Counted from the stretch's first letter, positions 28,923 to 39,601 are shown. The stretch is DNA of 64,000 nt from an uncultured archaeon (GCA_964534625.1 CAZHRF010000007.1:11170-75169); one strand, 5' to 3'. The notes: generated by a model not told the origin, from the sequence alone. Translations and numbers: made by a program.

Positions 28923-29627
28923 GTGATATTTGATCCAACGACAGTTAATTGGCTATTTGTAATTGTTGGAAATATCATAATCTACAGCTTATTCTTTTTG
29001 AATATGTACTTGTCGGAAAAAATACCTGTCTGGATAACAAGGAAAATAGGTCATATTAGCTTGCACTTCTTTTTAGCTTTTTTCCCCTATTTTTTTGTTA
29101 ATCTTTTTGATTTCATTATTTTCCTCGCACTTTTAATTTTTATGGGTTTTTTTTTATCTTTCACCACTAAATTTTGGTTCATATCCAAGATTATATTCTG
29201 TAATACAAGAAACATGAATGGAGAGACGTCTAGAGAATTTGCTTTAAATGCCTTTTTAACATCTTTAGGCGCCATAATTATATTTCTATTATTCCATAAT
29301 CAGTTATATATTTACACAGCATCTCTTCTGAGTTTGAGTTTGGGAGATGGTTTTGGCGAGCTAATAGGAAGGCCATTTGGAACAATAAAGTTTACAATAC
29401 TATCTGAGAAAAGTTTGATAGGGACAGTTGCGGTGTTTTTAGGGATATTTCTGAGTTTGATTATTGCATTCGTCATTAATACTCTTTTTTCATTTTCTAT
29501 CATTTACAAACTATTTATTATAGCTTTAGTAGGTACAACTGCTGAATTATTCAATTATAAGTATCTGGATAATCTTTTTGTACCCTTTTCTGTCGCAGGT
29601 TCACTCTTTTTGCTTTTTGAAGTATAG
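28923..29627 (+). CDS. Polytopic membrane protein, polyprenol/dolichol kinase (cytidylyltransferase)-like
   Basis: 6-7 TM helices. The LSLGDGFGELIGRPFG motif resembles CTP-dependent polyprenol kinases. Confidence 0.45.
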   Translation: MIFDPTTVNWLFVIVGNIIIYSLFFLNMYLSEKIPVWITRKIGHISLHFFLAFFPYFFVNLFDFIIFLALLIFMGFFLSFTTKFWFISKIIFCNTRNMNGETSREFALNAFLTSLGAIIIFLLFHNQLYIYTASLLSLSLGDGFGELIGRPFGTIKFTILSEKSLIGTVAVFLGIFLSLIIAFVINTLFSFSIIYKLFIIALVGTTAELFNYKYLDNLFVPFSVAGSLFLLFEV

Positions 29628-29704
29628 TACATAGAATAGCATGGAAAAGAGCAGAGGAAGGTAAGTTTTGTTTCGACAAAGTTTCAATATCTTGATTAAA
29701 TCAT

Positions 29705-30262
29705 TTATTTTATCGCAATCAAAACATATGAACCTTCAGTGTCTTCAAAAGATGACGTTCGAAATTTTTTTTCTTGTAATAATTTATCAATCTCTTCGTT
29801 TTTAAAAAATTTACAGCCAAAGAATACTGATTCTATAAAGACTATTATCTTGTTTTGCAACTTAGCTGGATTGACATCTCTAATAATTAGGATCCCCTCT
29901 TTTTGTACTATCCTATATAGTTCTGATAATAAGTGAGAAACATTGTCAACATGATGTAAAGTATTGTTCAATATTATCTGATTGAATGAGCGATCCTTAA
30001 GTGGAAGCAAACACCCATCTCCATTCAGTAATAATAATTTTTTAGTCTTTTTCTTAGCTTGTTCAAGCATGCTTAACGAGCTATCCAATACTAAGCATTC
30101 GTTTGTGTACTCAGATAATGCTATAGAAACCCTTCCTGTTCCTCCGCCCAGATCTATAATTAATGAATCTTTATCTAAAGGTAATATGTCTAATAACTGT
30201 TCTATTTTAGAACTAGGGATGATTTTATCATAGAATCTGGCGATTAGAGAGAATATATTCAA
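29705..30262 (-). CDS. Class I SAM-dependent methyltransferase
   Basis: Motif I IIDLGGGTGR and post-I/II blocks (LPLKDRSFNQIILNNTLHHV). Confidence 0.8.
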   Translation of the reverse strand: MNIFSLIARFYDKIIPSSKIEQLLDILPLDKDSLIIDLGGGTGRVSIALSEYTNECLVLDSSLSMLEQAKKKTKKLLLLNGDGCLLPLKDRSFNQIILNNTLHHVDNVSHLLSELYRIVQKEGILIIRDVNPAKLQNKIIVFIESVFFGCKFFKNEEIDKLLQEKKFRTSSFEDTEGSYVLIAIK

Positions 30263-30347
30263 AGTAATCCTAGACTGGGTATTCTTGTAATACTATTTAT
30301 TTTTTTGCTTTGTTATATTTTCGTTAAAAACTAATAATTTATAATAA

Positions 30348-31721
30348 TTAATTTTTATCTAAAATTAGTGTTTTTTCTAAATAATCTTTTATAATTATCA
30401 ACGCTTTGCAATCGTCTGAATTGTATGAAATGGCTCTTTCCAGCGATTTCTTGTCTTTGTTATAGAACCATTTTTCAAATAGAAGAATGCTTGACGCTCC
30501 ATCCATTAGCGATTCATCCCATTCAAATCCTAAATGATTGGCAACATTTTTCAAGGTATACGATGCTACTGGTAGTATAATATGACTTTTAAAGAGCTTA
30601 AATAAATCAACTGAGTTATCCAATATTTTTTGTATCTTCTCTTTAGGTATGTTATACTTTTGTGCCATTTTTTTCAAAAAATGCCTTTCTACTGGAGACC
30701 AGTGGTAAAGCACAAAATTATTGCCATTTTTGAATAAATGTTTGATAAACTTGTGATACATACTTTTTTCATCAGAGAGTTTATTGGCAATAAATGGGTG
30801 ATAAACTGTTTTTTGTTGATCTCTTGAAAAACAGCCTATTAACCACGTGAATTCATGGTTGGGTGATAATTCCATATCTACAAAATGTTCTTGTTGGACT
30901 CGTGGGAACTTAAATGGTTTTTGTATAATCGTTTTATTATCTTCTAAGGACTGGGCTTGCAAAATAAAGTATTTTATGTCCTTTTTTGATACATAGTTAG
31001 ATGTCAAAACTTGTTCATTCATTTGACTCAAGTCACGGGTGTTTTTAATCCCTTTCTCAAAAAATTCTTTTTTTACTCTTTTTCCTATTCCTGAAATAGT
31101 TGTTAAATCATCAATTTCAAAAGCTAGTTTTTTACAATATTTTTTCCACTCACAAATTTTGCAGTCTCGTGTATAAATAGGACTAGGACTTTTTTTTCCT
31201 GTTTTAATAGCAATAATTTGTTGTAAATCTTCCTTAAGTTGGTTAATTGTATCTTCCACAAGTATTTCTTTCTCTTGATCTTTGGCTGAAATAACGAAAA
31301 AATCTATTTTTTGATCTAAAACTAAACAAGTTATATATACATTAAATGTGCCTTCCATTATCATATTTCTACTCATTTTAATTTTATTTCTCTGGAAATA
31401 GGGGATGTATGTATAATTCCCATATTTGCATTTTCCCTCTTTTTTTACAAGCTTATTGATTTTTGTTATAAACTGCTTATACATAAGAATAGCTTGATAA
31501 ATTTCTTGTTTCCCTTGTTTAACCTGAGAGAGAACATACTTGAAATTCTGATGATATTGAGACATTTTCTTGTCTTGGAATTTTCTTACTCTTCTTGATT
31601 TGCTTTTTCTAATAATAGGATGTACACGAATTTCTTCAAATGGACCATGATATGTAAGATAAAGCAATAAAGGGCAATCATAATAAAGACGTACATCGTG
31701 GTGCGAGACCAATTCTAACAT
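30348..31721 (-). CDS. RecB/Cas4-like nuclease fused to an RNase H-like domain (TM0106-type architecture)
   Basis: Cys16 (CPLLLYL) plus CKICEWKKYC (CxxCx5C) gives Cas4/AddB-type Fe-S ligands. HhH segment ISGIGKRVKKEF. C-terminal YprB/RNase H-like region. Confidence 0.6.
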   Translation of the reverse strand: MLELVSHHDVRLYYDCPLLLYLTYHGPFEEIRVHPIIRKSKSRRVRKFQDKKMSQYHQNFKYVLSQVKQGKQEIYQAILMYKQFITKINKLVKKEGKCKYGNYTYIPYFQRNKIKMSRNMIMEGTFNVYITCLVLDQKIDFFVISAKDQEKEILVEDTINQLKEDLQQIIAIKTGKKSPSPIYTRDCKICEWKKYCKKLAFEIDDLTTISGIGKRVKKEFFEKGIKNTRDLSQMNEQVLTSNYVSKKDIKYFILQAQSLEDNKTIIQKPFKFPRVQQEHFVDMELSPNHEFTWLIGCFSRDQQKTVYHPFIANKLSDEKSMYHKFIKHLFKNGNNFVLYHWSPVERHFLKKMAQKYNIPKEKIQKILDNSVDLFKLFKSHIILPVASYTLKNVANHLGFEWDESLMDGASSILLFEKWFYNKDKKSLERAISYNSDDCKALIIIKDYLEKTLILDKN

Positions 31722-31938
31722 AATCTATTCTACTCTTTAATTAGTGCTTATTTATTCTTTTAAAAAAATAGTGAAAGAAGTATAAATTAACTCTATTCTA
31801 CTATTATTGCGATTTGTTGTGCTCTCTGCAATGAATATGACTACTTCATCAATTAGACTAGATTTTTATTAGACGAAATGGCAAAATATTTAAACACAAG
31901 TGTGAAGAAACCACAAAATAATAGAGTGAAGAAAAATT

Positions 31939-32166
31939 ATGACGTACACAGCATATGATGGATTGATAACCAGTAGTGGATGGTTAACTTTTTGGCTTGT
32001 TTTGTTTTCTATATTAACTATAGCTGCATTAACCTGGTTCTTTCTTTACGTTGAGCAGTCTCAAAATAAAAGCAAAAAAACTACGACCTTAATTATAGTA
32101 ATTAATGCCTTAATAATAGCATTCGAATTACAACTCATCTTCCTACGTATTAATGTAATTTATTAG
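31939..32166 (+). CDS. Small membrane protein (2 TM), hypothetical
   Basis: 75-aa ORF with two hydrophobic helices. No other support. Confidence 0.25.
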   Translation: MTYTAYDGLITSSGWLTFWLVLFSILTIAALTWFFLYVEQSQNKSKKTTTLIIVINALIIAFELQLIFLRINVIY

Positions 32167-32341
32167 TCTATACTGAGTTTTTGAATATGCTTGATACGAT
32201 AAGGTTAAACCACTTTTACCTCTTTTATCACCTTTTATTGTACCTTATCTCTTTTGAAGATGTTATAAGAAATTCTTAGATAGAGTAACTTTATACATAA
32301 TTACAGAAACATTAAAAACGAAGAAACTAAAAAGTGTTTTA

Positions 32342-33199
32342 ATGGACATCTCTCAATACCTTCAATATTTAACCGTTGATGATATCCTTTCTTATTTTCC
32401 TCGTGCTTATGATACAGAGGCTATTGGGTCGGAGATTTCAGCTGAAGCTCTTGTCAAATTGAATGAACTTGCAAAAGACGATAATTTTTCTTCCACAAAG
32501 CTAAGGCGTATCTGGGTACATGCCATTCGAGAGATGTTTTTTCAAGAGTTTCAGAAAATATTCATATTCAAACCCACTAAAAAATTTGAAAGTACAAATG
32601 GTATAAAATCCGCAATCACTTCAAGTTTGAATGAATTGAAAACAGAAATCATAACCATGGCGCCTAAAATATATGTTTCAAAAATTGAGGATAAACCATT
32701 ACGTTTTACAGCTGCTATATGTCTGGAAGAAGTAAAAGATTTTGATGAATTCTTAACAGTTGATATAAAAGACTTACTTATTTTAACTATTTTCCCTAAG
32801 ATAGGTGTCTCTACATTACTTTCATCATGTACAAAACTTGAGCAAAAAGTGGTTTTGAAATTATTAATGCTGATCTTCAAAGACGTAAAAGAATTAAGAC
32901 TCAATTCTTTGTTGCTGAGAAAATATTCTGTTTCTGAACCTATCCAAAAATTAACTATATCTACTCCTCCTGATATTGCTGGATTTAAAGGCATAAATAT
33001 GATGCAATTCATGGGGGAAAATGTAATGGAAGGATTAACAGGTTTAAAACGCAGGCATGATGCAGATGTTGAGAAGATAACGCGAGTTGGCCCATATACA
33101 GAAATTATTTCCAACAACCTTCATTTACTAATAGGTACTGGAATTAAAATTCTCAAGTATGATGGCATTGATCCTTTATTGCAAATATCTAAAAAATAA
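32342..33199 (+). CDS. Hypothetical protein
   Basis: 285-aa ORF with its own upstream region. No motif recognised. Confidence 0.4.
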   Translation: MDISQYLQYLTVDDILSYFPRAYDTEAIGSEISAEALVKLNELAKDDNFSSTKLRRIWVHAIREMFFQEFQKIFIFKPTKKFESTNGIKSAITSSLNELKTEIITMAPKIYVSKIEDKPLRFTAAICLEEVKDFDEFLTVDIKDLLILTIFPKIGVSTLLSSCTKLEQKVVLKLLMLIFKDVKELRLNSLLLRKYSVSEPIQKLTISTPPDIAGFKGINMMQFMGENVMEGLTGLKRRHDADVEKITRVGPYTEIISNNLHLLIGTGIKILKYDGIDPLLQISKK

Positions 33200-33352
33200 T
33201 TCAAATACTTGTAATTCTTCTTTTTAATGGAATGAAAAGATGGTTGGTAGAGTATAGATTATTGTTAAACATTTTTTATCATGCTAATTTTTTTCACCAA
33301 GTGTTTTCTAAACGTCTCGGGGTACTACTCTTTGATATTTCTCTACACGAGG

Positions 33353-33360
33353 TTATATAG
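33353..33360 (+). promoter_or_regulatory. Candidate archaeal TATA box for the por operon
   Basis: TTATATAG lies ~53 nt upstream of the TTG start at 33413. An SD-like AAGGTGG sits at 33401-33407, 5 nt before the start. Confidence 0.3.
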
Positions 33361-33412
33361 AAACAATTATAATACGAGATATCTCCATAGTCTCAGTTAA
33401 AAGGTGGAATAA

Positions 33413-33970
33413 TTGATAGAATTATTGCAAATTAGTCGAGGCGGAACGGGAGGTGTCACAGGAGCTAAAATTCTTGCAGAAGCTGCTTTATATGAAGGCA
33501 TGGATAGTCAAGCTATTCCAAAATATGGTGCAGAAAGAAGAGGAGCTGCTGTTGAAGCCTACGTAAGGTTTGATGATAAACCTATCCGCATACACAGTCC
33601 GGTATACATCGCTGATCATGCTATGATTTTAGAAAAATCATTAATTGATAAACTTGATTTAGATAAAGTAAAAGATGACGGTATTATAATAGTTAATACG
33701 AAGGAATTACCCGAGAAATTGAAGAACTGTGGCAAAAAAATTGCTTACGTCAATGCCACTAAAATCGCTCAAGACTTTGGTCTTGTTGCGGGTGGTATGA
33801 CTCTAGTAAGTGGAACAATTTTAGGAGCATATGCAAAAGCCACAGGGCTCGTTTCTCTTGAGAACGTTGAAAAAGCTATTATTAATTTCTTAGGCGAACG
33901 TCGCGGTAGAAAAAATGTTGAAGCTGCCAAAAAAGCATATGAAGAAACGGAGGTAATTGAAGTTGAATAA
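33413..33970 (+). CDS. porG: Pyruvate (2-oxoacid):ferredoxin oxidoreductase gamma subunit
   Basis: SRGGTGGVTGAKILAEAAL signature. First gene of a gamma-delta-alpha-beta operon. Confidence 0.85.
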   Translation: MIELLQISRGGTGGVTGAKILAEAALYEGMDSQAIPKYGAERRGAAVEAYVRFDDKPIRIHSPVYIADHAMILEKSLIDKLDLDKVKDDGIIIVNTKELPEKLKNCGKKIAYVNATKIAQDFGLVAGGMTLVSGTILGAYAKATGLVSLENVEKAIINFLGERRGRKNVEAAKKAYEETEVIEVE

Positions 33971-34250
33971 AAGTTTACAATGTCCAGAGGATAGCCCAAG
34001 TATGCCTATCCTTAAACCAATTAAAGGTACAGCTGGAAGAACTGGTGACTGGCGAACTCATCGTCCCGTTCTTGATCCAGATAAATGTATTAAGTGTAAT
34101 ATCTGTTGGATGTATTGCCCTGATTTAACAATAAATCCTGCAGACAAAGATAAAGATCAAGTAATAAGTTTTGATTATGAATATTGTAAAGGATGTGGCA
34201 TCTGTGCTAATGAGTGTCCTAAAGATGCCATTACAATGGTGGAGGAATAG
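33957..34250 (+). CDS. porD: Pyruvate:ferredoxin oxidoreductase delta subunit (2x[4Fe-4S])
   Basis: CIKCNICWMYCPD and CKGCGICANECP motifs. Overlaps the gamma gene. Confidence 0.9.
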   Translation: MKLNKSLQCPEDSPSMPILKPIKGTAGRTGDWRTHRPVLDPDKCIKCNICWMYCPDLTINPADKDKDQVISFDYEYCKGCGICANECPKDAITMVEE

Positions 34251-34256
34251 ATTGCA

Positions 34257-35387
34257 ATGACAAGTACAACAAAAATGTTAACTGGAAATTTTGCTGCAGC
34301 TCAAGCTGCTGCTGACGCAAAACCCCAAGTCATAGCTGCCTACCCTATAACCCCTCAAACCGAGCAAATTGAATATATTAGCAAATTAGTTGATGGAGGA
34401 CAATTGAATTCCAAATTTATGAGGGTAGAATCTGAACATTCAGCTTTAGCAGCTGTTGCTGGTGCTGCTTGGGCTGGAGCAAGAGTGTTTACTGCAACAT
34501 CAAGTCAAGGATTGTTATATATGGGCGAATGGGTTTATTGGACTGGTTATGGTCGATTACCCGTTGTTATGCCCGTTGTGAATCGATGTTTAGCACCTGG
34601 TTGGTCAATTTGGGTGGACTTGCAAGATAGTATGGGTTTTAGAGACGCAGGATGGCTACAATATTATACAAAGAACAACCAAGAGGTATATGATACAACT
34701 CTTCAATCGTTCAAGATCTCAGAAGATAAATGTATTGCTCTGCCAAGTATGCCCTGTTTAGATGGTTTTGTATTAAGTCATACTGCAGCTAAGGTAGAAT
34801 TACCTGATCCAGAAGAAGCCTATGCTTTTGTTGGTGATTATTCTGAACCAGTTATAGAAGTTGATCCAGAGAACCCTTGGACATTCGGTTCAATTGTTAT
34901 GCCCGATAAATTCAACAAAGATAGAAGGGATTTAATGGAGGCTATGGAACGCGCTAAAACCAAAATTAAAGAAGTAAATAGAGAATTCGAGGAAACTTTT
35001 GGTAGATCTTATGGAAATGGTTTAGTTGAAAAGTATGGTGCAGAAGAAGCTGATTTAACTATTGTTGCCCTTGGTACAATGGCAGATGAAGCCCAAGAAT
35101 CTATTGACAAATTAGAAGAAGAAGGAAAAAGTGTAAATTTAGTTAGAATTAGAACTTTCAGACCATTCCCAACAGAAGATATTGTAGAAATAGCTAAAAA
35201 TAACCATAAATTATTGGTGTTCGATAGATCCTTATCATTTGGGCATGAGGGACATGCAAGAATCGAAATTGAATCTACATTGAAAAGAAATAATGTTGAT
35301 ACACCAGTCTTAGGAAAAATTTTGGGGCTTGGTGGAGAAGACGTTCCTTATACACGAATTATGAAAATAGCGAAGGAGCACCTCTAA
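34257..35387 (+). CDS. porA: Pyruvate:ferredoxin oxidoreductase alpha subunit
   Basis: LTGNFAAAQAA...VIAAYPITPQTE N-terminal signature. Size ~376 aa. Confidence 0.9.
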   Translation: MTSTTKMLTGNFAAAQAAADAKPQVIAAYPITPQTEQIEYISKLVDGGQLNSKFMRVESEHSALAAVAGAAWAGARVFTATSSQGLLYMGEWVYWTGYGRLPVVMPVVNRCLAPGWSIWVDLQDSMGFRDAGWLQYYTKNNQEVYDTTLQSFKISEDKCIALPSMPCLDGFVLSHTAAKVELPDPEEAYAFVGDYSEPVIEVDPENPWTFGSIVMPDKFNKDRRDLMEAMERAKTKIKEVNREFEETFGRSYGNGLVEKYGAEEADLTIVALGTMADEAQESIDKLEEEGKSVNLVRIRTFRPFPTEDIVEIAKNNHKLLVFDRSLSFGHEGHARIEIESTLKRNNVDTPVLGKILGLGGEDVPYTRIMKIAKEHL

Positions 35388-35390
35388 GGA

Positions 35391-36296
35391 GTGATAAAGA
35401 TGACAACAAGAAATGATTTAATGAAAAACCCAAAAGAAGCTCTATTAAAAGGACATTTTGCTTGTGCCGGATGTGGAAGTGCTTTGGCGTTTAGACATGC
35501 CATGGGCGCGATAGCCGATAAGGCAGTTGTAGTTATACCTGCCTGTTGTACATCTGTATATCAAGGATTCGGAAAAGGTGTTGCTTTTGATGTTCCAACA
35601 ATTAATGTGGCATTTGCTTCATCTGACGCTGTTGCAGCAGGGATAAAGAATGCTATGGATATGAAAGGTAAAGAAGCTCATGTAGTTGCTTGGGCAGGAG
35701 ATGGTGGAACAGCAGACATTGGTATAGCCACACTTATAGGAGCTTGTGATAGACAAGAAGATATATTGCACGTTATGTATTCTAATAATGTTTATAGTAA
35801 TACAGGTGGACAACGATCCGGTGACACCCCTATTGGGGCAAAGACAACGACTACTCCTTTTGGAAATACAACGCCTAGAAAGATGGTTCCATATATTATG
35901 ATGGCCAATAACGCTAGATATGTTGCAACAGCAAGTTCTGCCTATCCTACTGATTTAGTCGAGAAGATAAAGAAGGCTGTCTCACTAAAAGGTTTCAAAT
36001 TTATACAGATAGATGCTCCATGTCCTCCTGCTTGGAAAATTGATTCCAGCAAGTCAATCACTGTTTCTAAATTAGCTATAGAAACTGGTATTTGGCCAAT
36101 GTTTGAATGGGATAGTGCAACAAGTAAAGCTGTATTATCTCCAAGAGGTAAAAAATATTCAGACAAAGAGAACAGAAAACCTGTTGAGGAATGGCTCAAT
36201 TTACAAGGACGTTTTAAAGGTATAACTGAAGAAAAATTAAAAGCCCTTAAAGCTGACATGGATAGACAATGGGACTTCCTTAAAAAATTCCTTTAA
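35391..36296 (+). CDS. porB: Pyruvate:ferredoxin oxidoreductase beta subunit (TPP-binding)
   Basis: CAGCGSALAFRH Cys motif and GDGGTADIG TPP-binding motif. Confidence 0.9.
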   Translation: MIKMTTRNDLMKNPKEALLKGHFACAGCGSALAFRHAMGAIADKAVVVIPACCTSVYQGFGKGVAFDVPTINVAFASSDAVAAGIKNAMDMKGKEAHVVAWAGDGGTADIGIATLIGACDRQEDILHVMYSNNVYSNTGGQRSGDTPIGAKTTTTPFGNTTPRKMVPYIMMANNARYVATASSAYPTDLVEKIKKAVSLKGFKFIQIDAPCPPAWKIDSSKSITVSKLAIETGIWPMFEWDSATSKAVLSPRGKKYSDKENRKPVEEWLNLQGRFKGITEEKLKALKADMDRQWDFLKKFL

Positions 36297-36395
36297 TTTT
36301 TAAATATTATTTTTGCTTTTCTTATTTTTTTGTTTTTAATCATCATTTGAGTTACCTCCATCGATGGTCTTTAATACCCGGATAATCACATTTGA

Positions 36396-37049
36396 TTGAT
36401 AGCTGTGAATGATGGAGAAGAAGCTAAAGAGATTTATAGTCTATTACTTGGTTTTATACAAAGCGCTATTAAATTGAAGAGTTTACCTAGACAGGGCTGG
36501 ATAAGAGTTGGGGTACCTCTCTCTGATGTAGAAAGTGTTGCAGATCACTCTTATAATGTAGCTATGCTTTCGCTCCTTTTGACTGATTTAAACAATGTAT
36601 TATATCCAGAAAGACAACTAGATTCTAATATTGTTATGCGCATAGCTATAATTCATGATTTACCAGAATGTCAATACCAAGATTTTGATCATAGATTAAA
36701 GATACTTTTAGGGCAAGATACTTATCAGACAGTTAAAACGAAAATTTTGACATCTGCAAGTAATGAGCTTCTCTCACTAATATTAAATGAAGATGTGCAA
36801 AAACAGTGGCGGACTATGTTTGATGATTTAAGAGAAAAAAATACAGAAGAAGCACAATTTGTATCCTTTGTTGATAAATTAGAAGTCATGGTACAGGCAT
36901 TATCTTATGAAAGCTTAGGTTATGATTACAAATTATTTGATGACTTTTGGATATCATCACAAGAATACTTGGAATCATGTCCTTATGAAGTAATTAACGA
37001 TCTGGTTCTAATTTTGATACGTGAAAGAGATAATATGAAACAGAATTAG
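36396..37049 (+). CDS. HD-domain phosphohydrolase (YfbR-like 5'-deoxynucleotidase family)
   Basis: LPRQGW...VADHSYNVA...IIHDLPE motifs. Confidence 0.7.
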   Translation: MIAVNDGEEAKEIYSLLLGFIQSAIKLKSLPRQGWIRVGVPLSDVESVADHSYNVAMLSLLLTDLNNVLYPERQLDSNIVMRIAIIHDLPECQYQDFDHRLKILLGQDTYQTVKTKILTSASNELLSLILNEDVQKQWRTMFDDLREKNTEEAQFVSFVDKLEVMVQALSYESLGYDYKLFDDFWISSQEYLESCPYEVINDLVLILIRERDNMKQN

Positions 37050-37176
37050 ATGTAATATACATACTATTAAATAAAAAATAATATCAAATAATAAAAACAA
37101 TTAATTAGTTGTATGATATAAGCACAAACTATTAATAATTTAACGCACTAGCAAAGATTAATATTGAGGTCCATGT

Positions 37177-38355
37177 ATGAACCAAGAAAAATATCATGAG
37201 TTGAATATTTCCCCCTTTTATATACCCTTTTTAAGAGATTTGGGTATAAAAGTTGTGGCTATCATAATATTTGATCTTATGTATGGACCGATATGTTATA
37301 TTAAATCATTAGCACGTTCAAATTATGGTTCTAAATTACAAGAAATTGATTCCTTAGCTGAAATTTATGCGGGGTTTGCACGAACTTCAGTCGATGTGGT
37401 CACAGGGATGGATGAAAAAATTATCCTTGGGAGATATGTTCAGATGGATAAGGAATCAGAAAATACATCAATCCTGTTGTTTGTGACATTAGAAGATGTT
37501 GATACACAAAAATTATCCAATTATGCCCGTTCTCTGGTTGAAAGATCACGAGGGCAACCTAGTTTGTTTAATCAATCTTTAGGTTCATTGATAGAAGCGG
37601 AAAAGAAATCAGCACAAAAACTCATAATATCTAGTTCTGATAACTTTCTAAAAGGTTTAGAATTAGATGATAAATCAGTAGTGAGTGGAACGGAATTTAA
37701 TAATGTTTATGGATTCTTGTTTTTAATGTACAGTAGATCAGCGATAGACGGGCGATTTTTACCTAAAATGATTTCAGGAAAAAAAGTGGACTTGGTACAA
37801 CTCTCTAAATTCATTGATACACAGAAAAATGAAGTAGATTTTACCGATTCAGATCTAATAAGTTTATACTACAAGGGTTCTGAGTTATTAATTTTTCAAC
37901 AAAAAATAGGCGATTTGATGATTGGTTTGAAGAAACCAAAAAGCAGAATAAATTATAATTACTTGATAGATTGGTTTCAAGCCTTTTACACCAGTTTTTT
38001 AGCCATAAAGAGTGAAACAAATCCAGAATCTGTTGTGAAAACCTTACAATATATGGATGAAATGTTTTCTAGTAAATCACCCAAATATATAGCAGCCGAA
38101 TTTTTTGATTTGATGCTAAATAGTAAAATAGATCATCCGGAATTGCAGGTACAAGCAATCACTCTCCAAAAGAAAGGCTGGATAACATTGAGAAATGAAT
38201 TTAAGCTATTTTATACAAACTTGAAATACTTTAAAGGTGATTTTTCAATAGATCAAATTAGTCAACATCTCTCAGTACCGATTGCTGACGTAGCTAAATT
38301 TATAATCTTTTTGAAATCCCGTGATTTTATTTCCGTTTATAGAAAAAAGAGATGA
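37177..38355 (+). CDS. Hypothetical protein; possible tandem roadblock/longin-like modules plus a C-terminal winged helix
   Basis: Two ~110-aa segments show a beta-beta-alpha-beta-beta-beta-alpha-like pattern (VVAIIIFDLMYGPICY...SILLFVTLEDVD and VYGFLFLMYSRSAIDG...SELLIFQQKIGDLMIGL). C-terminal DQISQHLSVPIADVAKFIIFLKSRDFI. Confidence 0.3.
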   Translation: MNQEKYHELNISPFYIPFLRDLGIKVVAIIIFDLMYGPICYIKSLARSNYGSKLQEIDSLAEIYAGFARTSVDVVTGMDEKIILGRYVQMDKESENTSILLFVTLEDVDTQKLSNYARSLVERSRGQPSLFNQSLGSLIEAEKKSAQKLIISSSDNFLKGLELDDKSVVSGTEFNNVYGFLFLMYSRSAIDGRFLPKMISGKKVDLVQLSKFIDTQKNEVDFTDSDLISLYYKGSELLIFQQKIGDLMIGLKKPKSRINYNYLIDWFQAFYTSFLAIKSETNPESVVKTLQYMDEMFSSKSPKYIAAEFFDLMLNSKIDHPELQVQAITLQKKGWITLRNEFKLFYTNLKYFKGDFSIDQISQHLSVPIADVAKFIIFLKSRDFISVYRKKR

Positions 38356-38429
38356 TTATTTACAATAAATATGCGAATCGTAATAATGCTTAAAAAGTAA
38401 ACCAGAAGTTAATAATATACGTTTAGTTT

Positions 38430-39446
38430 ATGGAGTCTATATGTATGGTGAAGTTTGAAATAACAAAGCTCGACATTGAATACAATTATCTAAATAAATT
38501 ATTGACAGATATGAGAAAACTTGCATCCTTACATATAGATGTCTTTTTTGAAGAAATGGGGATATACGAGATATTAACCCGTCCTAGGATGCCAGAAGAA
38601 ATATTTCATTTGCTGAATTTTTCTACCTTAAATCAAGAATTTAATGTAATGTTTGAGTTGCTTGCAAAAGATCATTTTATTCGTAAACAAGGAGAGTTTT
38701 ACGTAGAAAATAAAATGATTAATCAGTTCCGCGAACGCACAAAACGTGAACTAGAAAGAGAAGACGATATATTAGAACCGCTGGATCATTTTTTCGAATA
38801 TTCGTTAAGATCATTTAAAGCCATATTAAATGGAGACCAAGGAAAATTAAACGATAAAAAACTCAGATTAACTCTTGATTCACTATATGGAACAAAACTC
38901 TTTTTTCTTATTAGGCAATATCTATTCAAACAAATGAAATCACAACTCTCCGTTTTTAAAACAAAATCCAATTTGAATTTGTTGAATTGGGGTATAGGTT
39001 CGGGATATGAAGCACTACATATGGCTGATTACTATGGAGACAAAGTGTCTATTATTAGTGTAGAACCAAATGAGGGTTTAAGACCATGTAGAGTGTTACA
39101 AGACATTTATGGAATATATAATGTGCATTTCGAAGAAAGTAAAGACCTTACAAAAACTTTATTGAAAGACAGTGTAGACTTTTTTATTGGCAATGCAATC
39201 TTGAATATTGGAACCTTAAAAGACAATATAAAAAAGATAAAAGACATGCTAGTAGAAACAGGCTCTCTAGTAATAATAATGGACGAAAATTACACTAAAT
39301 CCATAGACTGGGCACTCAGTATCCATAAAGATTACGTCATGTATCAAAGTAAAGAGGAAACCATACAAAAACTAAAACACTATGGTTTTTCAAAAGTAAC
39401 TTACTTGGATTCAAATAAAGGGTTTATAGTTATAACAAAGAGTTAG
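38430..39446 (+). CDS. O-methyltransferase family 2-like protein (wHTH dimerisation domain + class I SAM MTase)
   Basis: N-terminal winged-helix segment (GIYEILTRPRMPEEIFHLL...LLAKDHFIRKQGEFY) followed by an LLNWGIGSGYEA motif-I-like block. Confidence 0.45.
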   Translation: MESICMVKFEITKLDIEYNYLNKLLTDMRKLASLHIDVFFEEMGIYEILTRPRMPEEIFHLLNFSTLNQEFNVMFELLAKDHFIRKQGEFYVENKMINQFRERTKRELEREDDILEPLDHFFEYSLRSFKAILNGDQGKLNDKKLRLTLDSLYGTKLFFLIRQYLFKQMKSQLSVFKTKSNLNLLNWGIGSGYEALHMADYYGDKVSIISVEPNEGLRPCRVLQDIYGIYNVHFEESKDLTKTLLKDSVDFFIGNAILNIGTLKDNIKKIKDMLVETGSLVIIMDENYTKSIDWALSIHKDYVMYQSKEETIQKLKHYGFSKVTYLDSNKGFIVITKS

Positions 39447-39601
39447 AAAAATGAACTACTCCACCCCAAGTGATGGGCATTCTGGCTAGCTTAGGTAAAA
39501 TGCTCTTTAATTAAGAATCATAAAGAAATTAAATCACTATTTTTGAATGAAATAGACATACTAAAATAATCGATATGATAGAAATTAGCTGATAATGAAA
39601 G

